NCBI RefSeq assembly: GCF_001194135.2
Contig: NC_068999.1
Location: forward strand, 25,119,636 to 25,170,446
DNA length: 50,811 nucleotides
Reading direction: 5' to 3'
Source: Octopus bimaculoides
Taxonomy: Eukaryota
Below are positions 1 to 11,427 of this stretch, piece after piece. The notes under the pieces were generated by a model, which worked only from the letters and a program-made list of their open reading frames with translations, was not told the DNA's origin and did not search any database. Position 1 is the stretch's first letter; every line of letters begins with the position of its first letter. Position numbers and translations under genes: made by a program.

Positions 1-208
1 GTGTGTGTCTGTGTTTGTCCCCCTAGCATTGCTTGACAACTGATGCTGGTGTGTTTATGCCCCCGTAACTTAGCGGTTCGGCAAAAGAGACCGATAGAAT
101 AAGTACTAGACTTACAAAGAATAAGTCCAGGGGTCGATTTGCTCGACTAAAGGTGGTGCTCCAGCATGGCCGCAGTCAAATGACTGAAACAAGTAAAAGA
201 GTAAAAGA

Positions 209-209
<1 letters not shown>
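1..209 (+). mobile_element. SINE family A, 3' half (cut by the window edge)
   Basis: cttgacaac.gatgctggtgtgttt...ggtgctccagcatggccgcagtcaaatgactgaaacaagtaaaagag, shared with the other copies. Confidence 0.85.
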
Positions 210-242
<33 letters not shown>

Positions 243-482
243 ATAATTTATTTAAAAGGTCATAATGTATTAAAGCGCTACTAATAGTTTCATATTTCGA
301 GAAAACTCAAACATGTTCTTCGAGCCCTAACCACATGTCACAACGAACTGTTCTCTCAAATTAGGTTTTTTAGTAGAATTTCCAATACTGAGCTACTGTT
401 GCTCGTGTTTTCTATCGTATTGTTCTTTTTGAACGGACTGAGCTATTCTAATATTGGAGGCAACTCGAGAAATCATACTGTC

Positions 483-1831
483 CTAAATAGCTGTCATAAC
501 ATCAATTTTTCTGGATATAGATTGATCATTTCCAAAACTGTCCCGATCTTTGGCATTTGGGTTGTGCCGTAGAAAGTGTAGGTTGCCTGTTGTATAAAGT
601 TTGAAACGGGGTAAAATGTGGTGAAGAATGTTTGGCTGTTCGATACGCAAACAGAACTGCTGGTAAGCATTCAACCTAGTTACCACGGTCCTCAAGAGAT
701 TTGATAAAAGCATTTTTTACAGTGCGATTCTGTCGTTCCTCTAGGACATTTGCTTGAGGGTGATAAGCACGTGTTATGTGCTGCTGTGTTCCTGTCAATT
801 TATGTAGTTCTGCAGACACTCTGTTTGCAAATTCTCTTCTTTAGTCATTTATCTGAATTTTTATACAGCCTCACCGACAAATAACATTCTCAAAGAGAAA
901 CTTTCCCACACCAGGCCATTTAGAAAAGTAATCCATTGCCACAACAATGCAGCAATAACCATCATCTGTCTTCGGTAAATTGGTGATATCGACACCAATT
1001 TGGGCCATCACTTCATTTGGCACTGGAACAGGATGAAGCTCTCCAACATTAATTTTGTGAACAGGGTTCATTTTTTGACACTGATCTCAAGACAAGAACT
1101 CTTTCGTGTCGTTGCCCACATTTTTCCAACAAAACCTCTCTAAAATTTTATCCCTTGTTCTGTCGACACCAAGATGACTTCCGAAGCAGAGAGCAGTGTC
1201 ACTATCTCCACAGTCCATGTGAATACTTGAAATAATACTCTGCTGTTTACCCGGGTTGCGAATGACCAAAACTTCTCGGTATTCATTTTCAGAATTTCTA
1301 ACTCTTTCTGCTCTGTAACGATAGTAGAGTTGACCACCCCGTACAACATAAGAGAGCCTACGTAGGTTTGCTTTTCGTTGTTGGACATGCGAAGTCCAAA
1401 TTTGTTGTTAACCGCATAATCAAATATCAAATCAATGTTGTTAGCTTTGCCTTGTGTACTAAAAGTAGCCATTCTGGATATGCTTTTAAATTTCTTCAGC
1501 TCTAAGTAACTAAGCGAAAACTCCAACTAAATGAAAGCTCTGACTTTCTCTTTGATTTACAATACTTTCTCTTTCATGTACAATGTACATTACGTATACA
1601 TACACATAATAAACATCAACACATACATTTAATGGGTTCACCCATTATCTCCCTATTTACAATCACGGTGATAAACATTTGGAGAGGGATTTTAGGTGGG
1701 GGTAATTTGAAATCGTATGGGGTAACTTGAAACCAATTTCAAATTACCTTTGGGGGTAATCTGAAAGCGATTTCAAGTTACCGGGGGGAGGGGGGGGGGT
1801 TAATCTGAATAGGAGGTACCTTATTTTAACA
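483..1831 (-). mobile_element. Degenerate Ginger/GIN-like (Gypsy-type integrase-only) DNA transposon relic
   Basis: Broken frames give the integrase Zn-finger (HLGVDRTRDKILERFCW...VH), the core (QIGVDIT...VAMDYFSKWP) and, from manual translation, ITRAYHPQAN...ERQNRTVK...LPAVLFAYRTAKH...TPF, with in-frame stops. No RT or RNase H lies upstream. Candidate TGTTA terminus at 1831. Confidence 0.75.
1699..1809. repeat. Array of six GGTAAyTTGAAA-like motifs in mixed orientation
   Basis: Direct copies at 1699, 1719, 1753 and about 1797; inverted copies at 1737 and 1771. Confidence 0.8.
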
Positions 1832-1903
1832 TGTATAAAGAACCCTTTTCTTTGTCAAAAATTAGGTTAAAGAAAATGGGAGTTTCTTATACATGGATAG
1901 TTT

Positions 1904-1969
1904 ATAATCCCTTACAAAACCCTTATTATAATCCCTTACAAAACCCTTATTATAATCCCTTACAAAATC
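1904..1969. repeat. 24-bp tandem repeat, about 2.7 copies
   Basis: Unit ATAATCCCTTACAAAACCCTTATT starts at 1904, 1928 and 1952 (partial). Confidence 0.9.
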
Positions 1970-2009
1970 TTTTTTTCCAAATTTTAAGCCACAAAACACA
2001 CAAACTTAC

Positions 2010-2198
2010 AAACACACACACACACACTCACATATGACGGGCTTTTTTTCAGTTTCCGTCAACTAAATCCGCTCACAAGGCTTTGATCAGCCCGAGACAA
2101 TAACAGAAGATACTTTTCCAAGGTGCCACGCAGCGGGACCGAACCCGGAACCATGTGGTTGGCAAGCAAGCTTCTTACCACACAGCTACGCATGTGCC
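2010..2198 (-). mobile_element. SINE family A, 5' half
   Basis: tRNA-like head with A-box-like gctgtgtggt and B-box-like ggttcggtccc; ends at the internal (CA)n. Confidence 0.8.
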
Positions 2199-2624
2199 TA
2201 TTATGCAGGCAAATTTTTCATGAAAAATATAAAGAGATATTAGAGGAGGAGATGATCTGAAACTTCAAATTTTATCATGATAATCGAAATATGTACCCTC
2301 GAAAACGTATCTCTGAAAAATTTCATTAAAAATATGCTTTTTAAGGAAGTTAAGTGTAAACAAAGTCGCGTGGGTGACACATTCCTGTAGTTTCTATTTC
2401 TATTTGTATTTCCTTTTGTGTATGCACTTACCACAAACACATCAATGCATCTTCCTTCTTGCTTTTACTGTCCAATGTGTTTCACTATCTTTATTCCCAC
2501 AGGCATGCACCCACTCTCATCTCCTCACGTACACACTTTCACTCTACTCTCAAACAACAACACACATACACGCCAACGCTTACTCCCGCCCCCAATGCCA
2601 GTATACTTCTACAATTAATCTTTT

Positions 2625-3212
2625 ATTCTTTTGCTTCAGTCAGTAGACTACGGCGATGCTGCGACACCACCTTGAAGTTTAGTCGAACGAATCAACCCCA
2701 GTACCTTCTTTTAAAGCCTGGTACTTCTTCTATCGTCTTCTTTTGCCGAACCGCTAGATTACGGGGACGTAAACACACCAACACTGGTTGTCAAGCAGTG
2801 TGGAGGAGAAACACAGACACGAAGACACGCGCACAAACACACACACACACTTTTACTTGTTTCTGTCATTTGACTGCGGCCATGCTGGAGCACCGTCTTA
2901 AAGTATTTTCAGTCGAAGAAATCAATCCCAGGATTCATTCTTTGTAAGACTGGTACTTATTTTATCGGTATCTTAGGCCGAACCGTTAAGTTACGGAGAA
3001 ATAAACGCACCAGCGTCGGTTGTCAAGCGATGGCAGGGAACAAGCACAGACACATACACACATAAATACATATACACACGACGGGTTTCTTTCAGTTTCC
3101 GTCTACCAAATTCGGCTCGAGGCTATAGTAGAAGACACTAGCGCAAATTTCCACGCAGTGAGACTGAACCCGGAACCATGTGGTTGGGATGTAAGCTTCT
3201 TACCACACAGCT
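2625..3212 (-). mobile_element. SINE family A: one 3' half (2625-2850) followed by a near-complete copy (2851-3212)
   Basis: Same consensus blocks as the other copies. Confidence 0.8.
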
Positions 3213-3233
3213 ATGTGTATGTGTATGTATATA

Positions 3234-4503
3234 TCAGGTCATTAAGAATGAAATGTCCAATTTCCTTATGCACCAAGTTTGACAGTCGTTAACTCTGTTT
3301 TATCCTGACAATTCCTTGTTTTACAACATTGAAGAGTTACATGATCACTTTTCGAAATGCAATTCATGGTGTCTGATTATATTGTGAGCTTTCTCTTGCA
3401 AATCAATTTTTGTGAACCCATGGATAGATAAAAAAAATTGGTGCTGTTTATGAATATTGAGTTCCATCGTGGAACAATGCATCCCAGACAGCTCGAAACC
3501 CCAATGCGGTGTTTGGTGAAGATGTGGTGAATGAGCACACTGTACGTCGATGGTTTGAGAAGTTCCGGTCTGGTGACTTTACTCTAGAAAATCTGCCCCG
3601 TGGTAGATCTGAGATCAAGGTGGATAATGATCAGGTGGAAACTATAGTGGAAGCAGGTACAACTCAAACTACGCGTGAGTTAGCAGCAAGGTTTGATGTT
3701 TCGATTCCAACTGTATTGGACCATTTGAAACAAATCGGCAAGGTAAAGAAGCTGGACAAGGTAAAGAAGCTGGGCGAGTATCAAATGACACGTCGTCTTG
3801 AAACTTGCTGTTCTTTGCTGTCACGGCATAAAAAGGAACCATTTTTACATCGTATTGTTGTTACGTGTAATGAAAAATGGATTCTTTTTAACAATAGCAA
3901 GCATTCTGCACAGTGGTTGGATAGAAACGAAGTGCCAAAACACAATCCAAAAAAGAATATTCACCAAAAAAAGCTAATGGTGTTTGTTTGCTGGTCCGGC
4001 GCTGGTGTCGTCCACTTCAGCTTCATGGGACCTGTTAAGTCAATTACAGCGGATATAGTTGGATGAAATGATGAGTGAACTTGCAATTAAACAACCGAGA
4101 TTGGTAAATAGAGACAAACCAATTCTCTTGAAAGACAATGCTCGACCACATGTTGCACAAAGAACTCTACTCAAGTTACAGGAACTGAACTTTGAAGTAC
4201 CCTGTCATCCACCATATTCACCAGACCTTGCACCCAGTGGCTATCACGCTTTCCAGGCACTAGACAACTTTTTGCAAGGAAAAATCTTCAAATCTGAAGA
4301 AGATGCAAAAACAGCCTCTGGCGATTTCATCCCCTCTTGCTCTCCAGAATTTTTCACTGCCGCCATAAATAAGCTACTGATAAAATGGCAAACTTGTGTT
4401 GATAATTTAGGTGCATACTTTGATTAATTGCATTGCTTTTTGTTGAGATAAAGTAAAATAAACTTTCAGTTCAAAATCGGACATTTCATTCTTAATGACC
4501 TCA
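3234..4503 (+). mobile_element. Full-length but inactive mariner (Tc1/mariner, D,D34D type) transposon, 1270 bp
   Basis: TIRs tcaggtcattaagaatgaaatgtcc (3234-3258) and ggacatttcattcttaatgacctca (4479-4503), one mismatch in 25. TA on both flanks. Transposase relic about 3420-4427 with HTVRRWF, TRELA, VTCNEKW, DNARPH and PYSPDLAPSGY, frameshifted. Confidence 0.95.
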
Positions 4504-4529
4504 TATGTATGTATGTATGTATGTATGTA

Positions 4530-4697
4530 CATACGACGGTCTTCTTTCAGTTTCCGTCTACCAAATCCACTAAATAGGCTTTGATCGGCCCGAGGTTATA
4601 GTAGAAGACACCTGCACAAGGTGTCATGTCATGCAGTGGGACTAAACTCGGAACCATAAGGTTGAAAAGCATTACTTCTTACCACACAGCCATGCTT
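4530..4697 (-). mobile_element. SINE family A, 5' half
   Basis: cttctttcagtttccgtctaccaaatccact...ttaccacacagccatgc. Confidence 0.8.
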
Positions 4698-5054
4698 ACA
4701 CATACATATGGCGTACTTCAACAAACACATAGACACATAGATATTCTCTGATACACGAGTCGACATTTTCTCCTTCCATAACTACCCTAACAGAACAAGA
4801 TTGCCGTCTGGTTTCTAATCCTCTTATATCTCTCCTCTCACTTCTTTTACTACGCAGACTATTTCTCTTTCTCCCTTATAATTTTCTATCTTTTCTTCTG
4901 ATGAAGCACTGACATCTGAAAAGTTAAGGTTCTGTCTTTCTCTATTGAAGCGTTAAATCAATTCCATATTTATTAAATTGTGATTTCCTTGTACCGATCC
5001 TCTTAATTCCTATTGTCTTTACACACAAACATGCACGCATTTACACACACACAC

Positions 5055-5208
5055 AGGCGTAGACGTGGCGGTGTGGTAAGAAGGTTTTGCTTCCCATTCA
5101 AATGGTTTCAGATTCAATCCCACTGCATGGCATTCTGAACATATGTCTTCTGCTATAATGCCAGACTGGCCTTGTGAGTGGAATTGGTAGACAAAAACCC
5201 AAAGCTTG

Positions 5209-5210
<2 letters not shown>
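5055..5210 (+). mobile_element. SINE family A, 5' half
   Basis: ggcgtagacgtggcggtgtggtaagaag...gattcaatcccactgcatggca...gccttgtgagtgga. Confidence 0.75.
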
Positions 5211-5254
<44 letters not shown>

Positions 5255-5264
5255 NNNNNNNNNN

Positions 5265-6200
5265 GGATAGAAAACTCCGAATGATCCGTCCTTGTTTTCC
5301 TTGTATCGTCTGTGGATATTTTGTTGTCCCGTTTTTGTTTCACCAAACTGTCTGGATGTTTTGCGTTCTTGTCCCATTTTTGTATTTTCTTTTAGATATA
5401 TAATATAGCGGCATACGTACACTTTGGTCTCTTATATGTAAGTATATATATAGGTATATCTAAATTTTGTACGACTCTATTATTCTTTGTATTCTTTCAT
5501 TCTTTCCTTCTTTCTATCAGCCCTTTCACACTTCGTTCATTCCACTCTTCGCTGTTTCGTTCCCCCTCTCTCACATTTCCTGGCCTTCTCTTCATGCTCA
5601 CTTTCCCTCTTTCACTTCACTGTGTCTCTTTCATTTTTCTCTCACCCCTCCTTAATTCTTCTATCCCTCTGCCTCTACATCTCTCTCTCTCTCTCTTCTC
5701 TCCCCACGTGACCGGTGTTCGCCCAGGCCTGACCTTTCTTTCTTGGTTGAACTACTGTCCGTGCAATATCTATATTCCTTCCTGTGCTTGTTAAACCATA
5801 TGTCAGTGCCGTAAGGCTTTACTTCCACACACGCCAGCTTAATTTAATTCGTCCTTGGTCGAAAGACACCTGTTGCTATGTCCTGTTATTTGTATTTGTG
5901 TAACATTTTTCTGGGTTTTTTTCCGTCCTTGTTTTCCTTGTATCGTCTGTGGATATTTTGTTGTCCCTTTTTCGCTTCACCTAACTGTCTGCATGTTTTG
6001 TGTTCTTGTCCCGGGGCTGGCCAGATTGGAGCAATATCGAGAATAACCAGCCGAAATTGCAAAGATAATTTGGATCTCGACTGAAGAGAGAAAACTCCGA
6101 ATGACCTGTCCGTGTTTTCTTTGTATCGTCTATCTGGATGTTTTGTCTCTTTCTTGTATCACCTAACTGTCTTGATGCTTTGCGTTCTTGTCCTATTCTG

Positions 6201-6230
<30 letters not shown>
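5265..6230 (+). repeat. Unclassified repeat with three copies of a roughly 95-bp unit; related pieces lie on the minus strand at about 39000-40050 and 50520-50811
   Basis: The unit ccgtccttgttttccttgtatcgtctgtggatattttgttgtccc...cacctaactgtc occurs near 5286, 5921 and 6109. The aaagacacctgttg motif recurs inverted near 39980. Confidence 0.55.
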
Positions 6231-6231
<1 letters not shown>

Positions 6232-6563
6232 ACGGCGTACGTTCACCTGTCTCTTATATGTAAGTATACATGTGTGTGAGCGCGTATATATATGTGCATA
6301 TACATATGTATCTGTGTATGTATATGTGCGTCTAAGTATTATCTTCCTTTCAACTTCTACATCTTTTTCCTTTCTTTTAACAGTTACAACAGGGAAGACT
6401 CATTACGTCATTTTTCTAAACTAGAATGTATAAGTTTCACGTTCAGATTTGAAATTTTTGCATTTCAATTTTTCTGTTTTTTACTCATTCTCGAAGTTGA
6501 TGGACATACAGCGGTACATAAAACCGAATCAGAAAATCTCTAGTAAGACTTATTTTTATTGAT

Positions 6564-6605
6564 GTACTCAAAGGGACCAAGAACGGGTCGAAACATGTGT
6601 CGTAC
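6564..6605 (+). ncRNA. Decayed hammerhead-like motif
   Basis: GTAC-tcaaagg-GACC-aagaacg-GGTC-GAAAC-atgt-GTC-GTAC. All three stems and the GUC triplet are present, but the CUGANGA core is degenerate. Confidence 0.4.
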
Positions 6606-6774
6606 CTAATAAAACATTCCATTCATTCCATCTATTTTATTAATACTATTACCCCAACCACCCCTACGAAGTTCCTGCAAAAAATTTACAGATAACAACT
6701 TACACTTGTATGGCTTAAGCTTTGAGACAAGCATATGACTACTGTGCCAGTGCTTTACTCATCATCTATTTATA

Positions 6775-7079
6775 CATCATCATCATCATCATCATCATCA
6801 TCATTGTTTAACGTCCGCGCTTTCCAAGCTAGCCTGGGTTGGACGATTTGATTAAGGACTGGCGAACCAGATGGCTGCACCAGGCTCCAATCTGATCTGG
6901 CAGAGTTTCTACGGCTGGATGCCCTTCCTAACGCCAACCACTCCGAGAGTGTAGTGGGTGCTTTTACGTGTCACCGGCACGAGGGCCAGTCTGGCGGTAC
7001 TGGCAACGGCCACGTTCAAATAGTGTATTTTACGTGCCACCTGCAGAGGAGTTAGTCCAGCGGCGCTGGCAACGACCTC
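6775..7079 (-). mobile_element. Retroposon family C with (ATG)n tail, probably RTE-dependent; a short second copy lies at about 9408-9460
   Basis: (CAT)n followed by tgtttaacgtc.gc.ttcca.gct.gc.tgggttggac at both sites. Internal tandem unit of about 68 bp; runs into the gap at 7080. Confidence 0.65.
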
Positions 7080-7466
7080 NNNNNNNNNNNNNNNNNNNNN
7101 NNNNNNNNNNNNNNNNNNNNNNNNNNNNNNNNNNNNNNNNNNNNNNNNNNNNNNNNNNNNNNNNNNNNNNNNNNNNNNNNNNNNNNNNNNNNNNNNNNNN
7201 NNNNNNNNNNNNNNNNNNNNNNNNNNNNNNNNNNNNNNNNNNNNNNNNNNNNNNNNNNNNNNNNNNNNNNNNNNNNNNNNNNNNNNNNNNNNNNNNNNNN
7301 NNNNNNNNNNNNNNNNNNNNNNNNNNNNNNNNNNNNNNNNNNNNNNNNNNNNNNNNNNNNNNNNNNNNNNNNNNNNNNNNNNNNNNNNNNNNNNNNNNNN
7401 NNNNNNNNNNNNNNNNNNNNNNNNNNNNNNNNNNNNNNNNNNNNNNNNNNNNNNNNNNNNNNNNNN

Positions 7467-7518
<52 letters not shown>

Positions 7519-8854
7519 CGTATGCATGTATGCTTGTGTGCATGTATATATGTAAAACTCTTGGGTCACGTGTGTCTCAAGATCTTGAACCAAAAATCTC
7601 CTGCCAGACCATTCTATCGTAATGCCTTAGAGTTTGATTTTACTTCCAACACCCACTTTCGTTTTTACATTGTTGACTTTGTATTGTCATTTCTAACAAC
7701 ATACACTCCTATACATATGATACAGTCTTACTTAACCTTTTAAAGACAAACACGAACAATATACAGCCTAAAGCTCACCCTAACAAGCTGTAACAAACAA
7801 CCTTGTGTTCTTATCAAAACACAAATCTCAACCATTGCACATATTAAGGAAATATTCTTACATCACTACACACCCTTACTCATGGCAGCTAAATCTCTCA
7901 TGGTAGGCGTTACTGTCTCTGTTGTTCTTTCATAGCAACCACGCACATATATGATACATAGCTAATACTACATCATGTCAGGGCTGGTTGCTGGCCCTCT
8001 ACAAAGCTTTTTGTATGACGCACATTAGATTTCTGTTTATATAACTGAACTGTACTGATGATACATACACAACATCCTCGAAAACATCCTCATAACAGGC
8101 CAACTGACTGATTGTCTGAGATGCATTCATCAACGCATTACAATCAGTGGTTCACAGCCATATTGTGCTCCTTTTTTTGCCTGTCTTCTATCACTTACTA
8201 CTCTTTTAAATTTGTAAGCTATGCACCACCTCCACCAATTGTTTCTGCTTCTCCTTCATTCACCATCCCTATAAGAGGGGGAAGGGGGATCGTTCTCAAA
8301 CTCAGAACTAAATCTTTTCCCAATACTTCCAACCTAAAATTATTCTCTTTAATATCTTCCACACACACACAACTTATGTAATTAAAGCTGGTCATCAATT
8401 ACATTGATCCTGCTTGTGTGGGAGAGCTTCAGAAGGTCATTGCCTCCTCCTCCTCCTCCCCCTCATCCTCCAGCTTAATGCAAAATCTAGGAAATGATAG
8501 ATTATTATGATAAAGTAAATTAGTGAAGAAAATTTAATAAGCAAGGTTTGAAAATACGAGTACTTACAAAACCTTCATACAAAAATAAGGTCGTGCAATT
8601 TATAATATCATTCTATGGTTTGTCCTTAATATGTTTAAATAGACGGACAAAAAGAAAATTTATTTAGACAGGATTGATTACAGAAAGCATTTAAATGCAG
8701 TAAAAATAACATTTTATTGAGCATGAATTTTCTTAGTTATTCAGTTAATGATATATAAACCAGAAATGATAGCTCAGTGGACAATGGATGTCCAAGAAAG
8801 GACAAAGATGAAGATTAATATGTAAACTACCAATTTCCAAACTAGATTCTGATA

Positions 8855-9078
8855 TTCTCTCTTACTCATTTCAGTCATATGACTGCGGACATGCTGGAGC
8901 ACCTCTTTTAGTCAAACAAATCGACCCCAGGACTTATTCTTTGTAAGCCTAGTACTTGTTCTATTGGTCTTTTTTGCCTAACTGCTAACTTACAGGGATG
9001 TAAACACACCAACATCGGTTGTCAACTGATGGTGGGGGACAAATACAGATACATACACAAACATATACGTACACACAT

Positions 9079-9122
<44 letters not shown>

Positions 9123-9296
9123 ACACACACATATGATGGGCTTCTTTCAGTTTCTGTCTACCAAATCCACTCACAAGGCTTTGGTTGGCCCAAGGTTATA
9201 GTAGAAGACACTTGCCCTAGGTGCCATGCAGTAGGACTGAAGTTGGAGCCATGTGGCTGGGAAGCAAGCTTCTTACCACACAGCCATGTCTGCACC
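8855..9296 (-). mobile_element. SINE family A, full-length
   Basis: Both halves are present around a central (CA)n tract. Confidence 0.88.
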
Positions 9297-9643
9297 TGTA
9301 TGTTACACAATTAAACTTTACAGCTGTTTAGTATGATTGTGAGTATAACCAAAGAGCAACTGAACTAAACATCTAGATTTAAACATTCCTTCAATCTATA
9401 ATAGCAACATCATCATCATCATTGTTTAACGTCTGCCTTCCATGCTGGCATGGGTTGGACAAATATATTTGGCATATATTTAAGAATTATTTTCTCTTTC
9501 CTTAATTTAATTAGAAGATTATAATTTTTTATTGTGATGTATTTAAAAAGATATAAACCACTATACCTAGTAATTTAAGCTATTATACATAGCAAAAGTA
9601 GTAAAAGATAAGAAAGCTTTGTGCACAATGAAAAGCAACTTAC

Positions 9644-9883
9644 AACTTGTATCTTTTCCTTATTTCCTTTTTTCAGTGGTTTAAAGGGTTTATTTCCTGT
9701 TGGTGTTACTACAAACATTGATGGACATTCTTCCAGGAAATCAGGTTTTAGGCCGTTGTCTGATATAGAGCCCACTGCTACAGTTTCTATACTACCAACA
9801 TAACCATCAGCATTGCAATCATCATATCTGGCACCACCATTGCCTGTAGACCATATATAGATTGATCCAAGTCCATTACGACC
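9644..9883 (-). CDS. Proprotein convertase exon E, containing the oxyanion-hole Asn
   Basis: Acceptor ttgatttcAG, donor GTaagt, 240 nt, phase 0/0. Encodes GRNGLGSIYIWSTGNGGARYDDCNADGYVGSIETVAVGSISDNGLKPDFLEECPSMFVVTPTGNKPFKPLKKGNKEKIQV. The five exons total 729 nt (243 codons) with no stop, and the intron positions match those I recall for PCSK1-type genes. Confidence 0.95.
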
Positions 9884-10386
9884 CTGAAATCAAGGTAATA
9901 ACATTCAGTCAAAGATAATAATATTTCAGATCTTTAATTTACTCTTTAGATACAAAGCATGTTTACAATATTTACATCTACAATCTGTTTTGATGATCAT
10001 CATATGTCTTACTCCTGGTTGAGTATATATAACTTGACTGGACTGGAATTAGGAACTTTTATATGTTGGGATGAGTATTTTTCAGATCATTTGTTTCTTG
10101 TATAAAAGGTCAGAAGCAGGAATCAGAACACCAGTGTATTAAAAAAAAACCCAACAGCCACTAGAATCTATTAAAATCATGAAATTCATTATGCATACAC
10201 TTCTAAAAATAAAAGGCAGAACTGTCAAATGTTTAAAACATCAGCCAAGATATTTCTATAATAAAGAAGAAGAAGAAATGAGTCGGGAAAAAATGTATTC
10301 TTGAATAACAAATACCATATGCATCATAAGGCAAATTAAACTGCCTTATTGCAAGATTTACTTGAGTAAACTCAAAATGTCTATAA

Positions 10387-10778
10387 TGCATGGCTATGTG
10401 GTAAGAAGCTTACATCACAGCTGCATTGTTCCAGGTTCAGTGCCACTATGTGGCCCCTTAGGCAAGTGCCTTCTATTATAGCCTTGGGCCAACCAAAACC
10501 TTGTGATTGGATTTGGTAGATGGAAACTGAAAAAAGCCCATCATATATATTCACACATGTACGTATGTGTGTGTGTATTTGTGTTTGTCTCCCACCATCA
10601 CTTGACAACTGGTGTTGGTGTGTTTATGTCCCTGTAACTTAGTGGTTTGGCAAAAATGAAACCAGGAGAGTAAGTGCTAAGCTTACAAAGAATAAGCCTT
10701 GGGATCGATTTCTTTGACTAAATCCCTTTATGGTGGTGCTCCAGTATGACCACAGACAAATGACTGAAACAAGTAAAT
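10387..10778 (+). mobile_element. SINE family A, full-length
   Basis: Head, central (TA/GT)n and tail ...aaatgactgaaacaagtaaa. Confidence 0.85.
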
Positions 10779-11427
10779 TGGCAAAAGTGTAACACATAGA
10801 GTTGTGTTTAAAAGTAACATCACATTCTGCATATTCCTCACCAAAATTAAATCTTCCCATGAGTGGCTAGAACAGAAGAACTGCCCCTGTAATATCCACT
10901 ATTTTCAAAAGTTTTTATAAAGGAAAGGTTAGTAAGCCCCTGTATGTGAGAATAGAATAGGAGAACAAAAAAAACCCCTCCTAAATGGATATACATCAAT
11001 GTCAGAAATGGCTAAACATGTAGAGTGCAAAAAAAAACAAAAAAACAATAGAATGAAATTTCCATAATTGCCAGAGAACCACAGTGGAAACAAAGAAATC
11101 AAAGAAGCAGTATTTAATATACGGTAGGTCCAGTACTGACATTAAGCTTTAGTGAAAAATACATTTAGATAACCTCAAGTTGTACATTAATTGTATGCAC
11201 ATCAGTGGCATGGAGAATAAGAGCATTATTACTTTTAGTTTAGAAATAAAGCTACTGGGTTGAAATCTCATCTGGCACCACATACACAATCAGGAATAAG
11301 ACACTAGATATTAAAGCAGTAAAGGAATGTTTCATCTATAAAGATAAGGTTCTCATTATAAGCTTGAACAGTTCTGAGAATATTTTCTTGATGAATTACA
11401 AAAAAAAAAAAAGGAAGGAAAAAAACT

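Noticed and set aside
1904-1969. 24-bp repeats (and the 15-bp minisatellite) as a CRISPR-like array
   Set aside because: Units are directly adjacent with no unique spacers, there are no cas genes, and the context is eukaryotic.
8425-8480. (CCT)n tract as an acidic exon on the minus strand
   Set aside because: No plausible splice sites or open frame compatible with the convertase; it is a simple repeat.
9644-9883. Assignment to PC2 (PCSK2)
   Set aside because: The oxyanion residue is Asn (TGNGG), whereas PC2 has Asp. No specific gene symbol is justified without a phylogeny.
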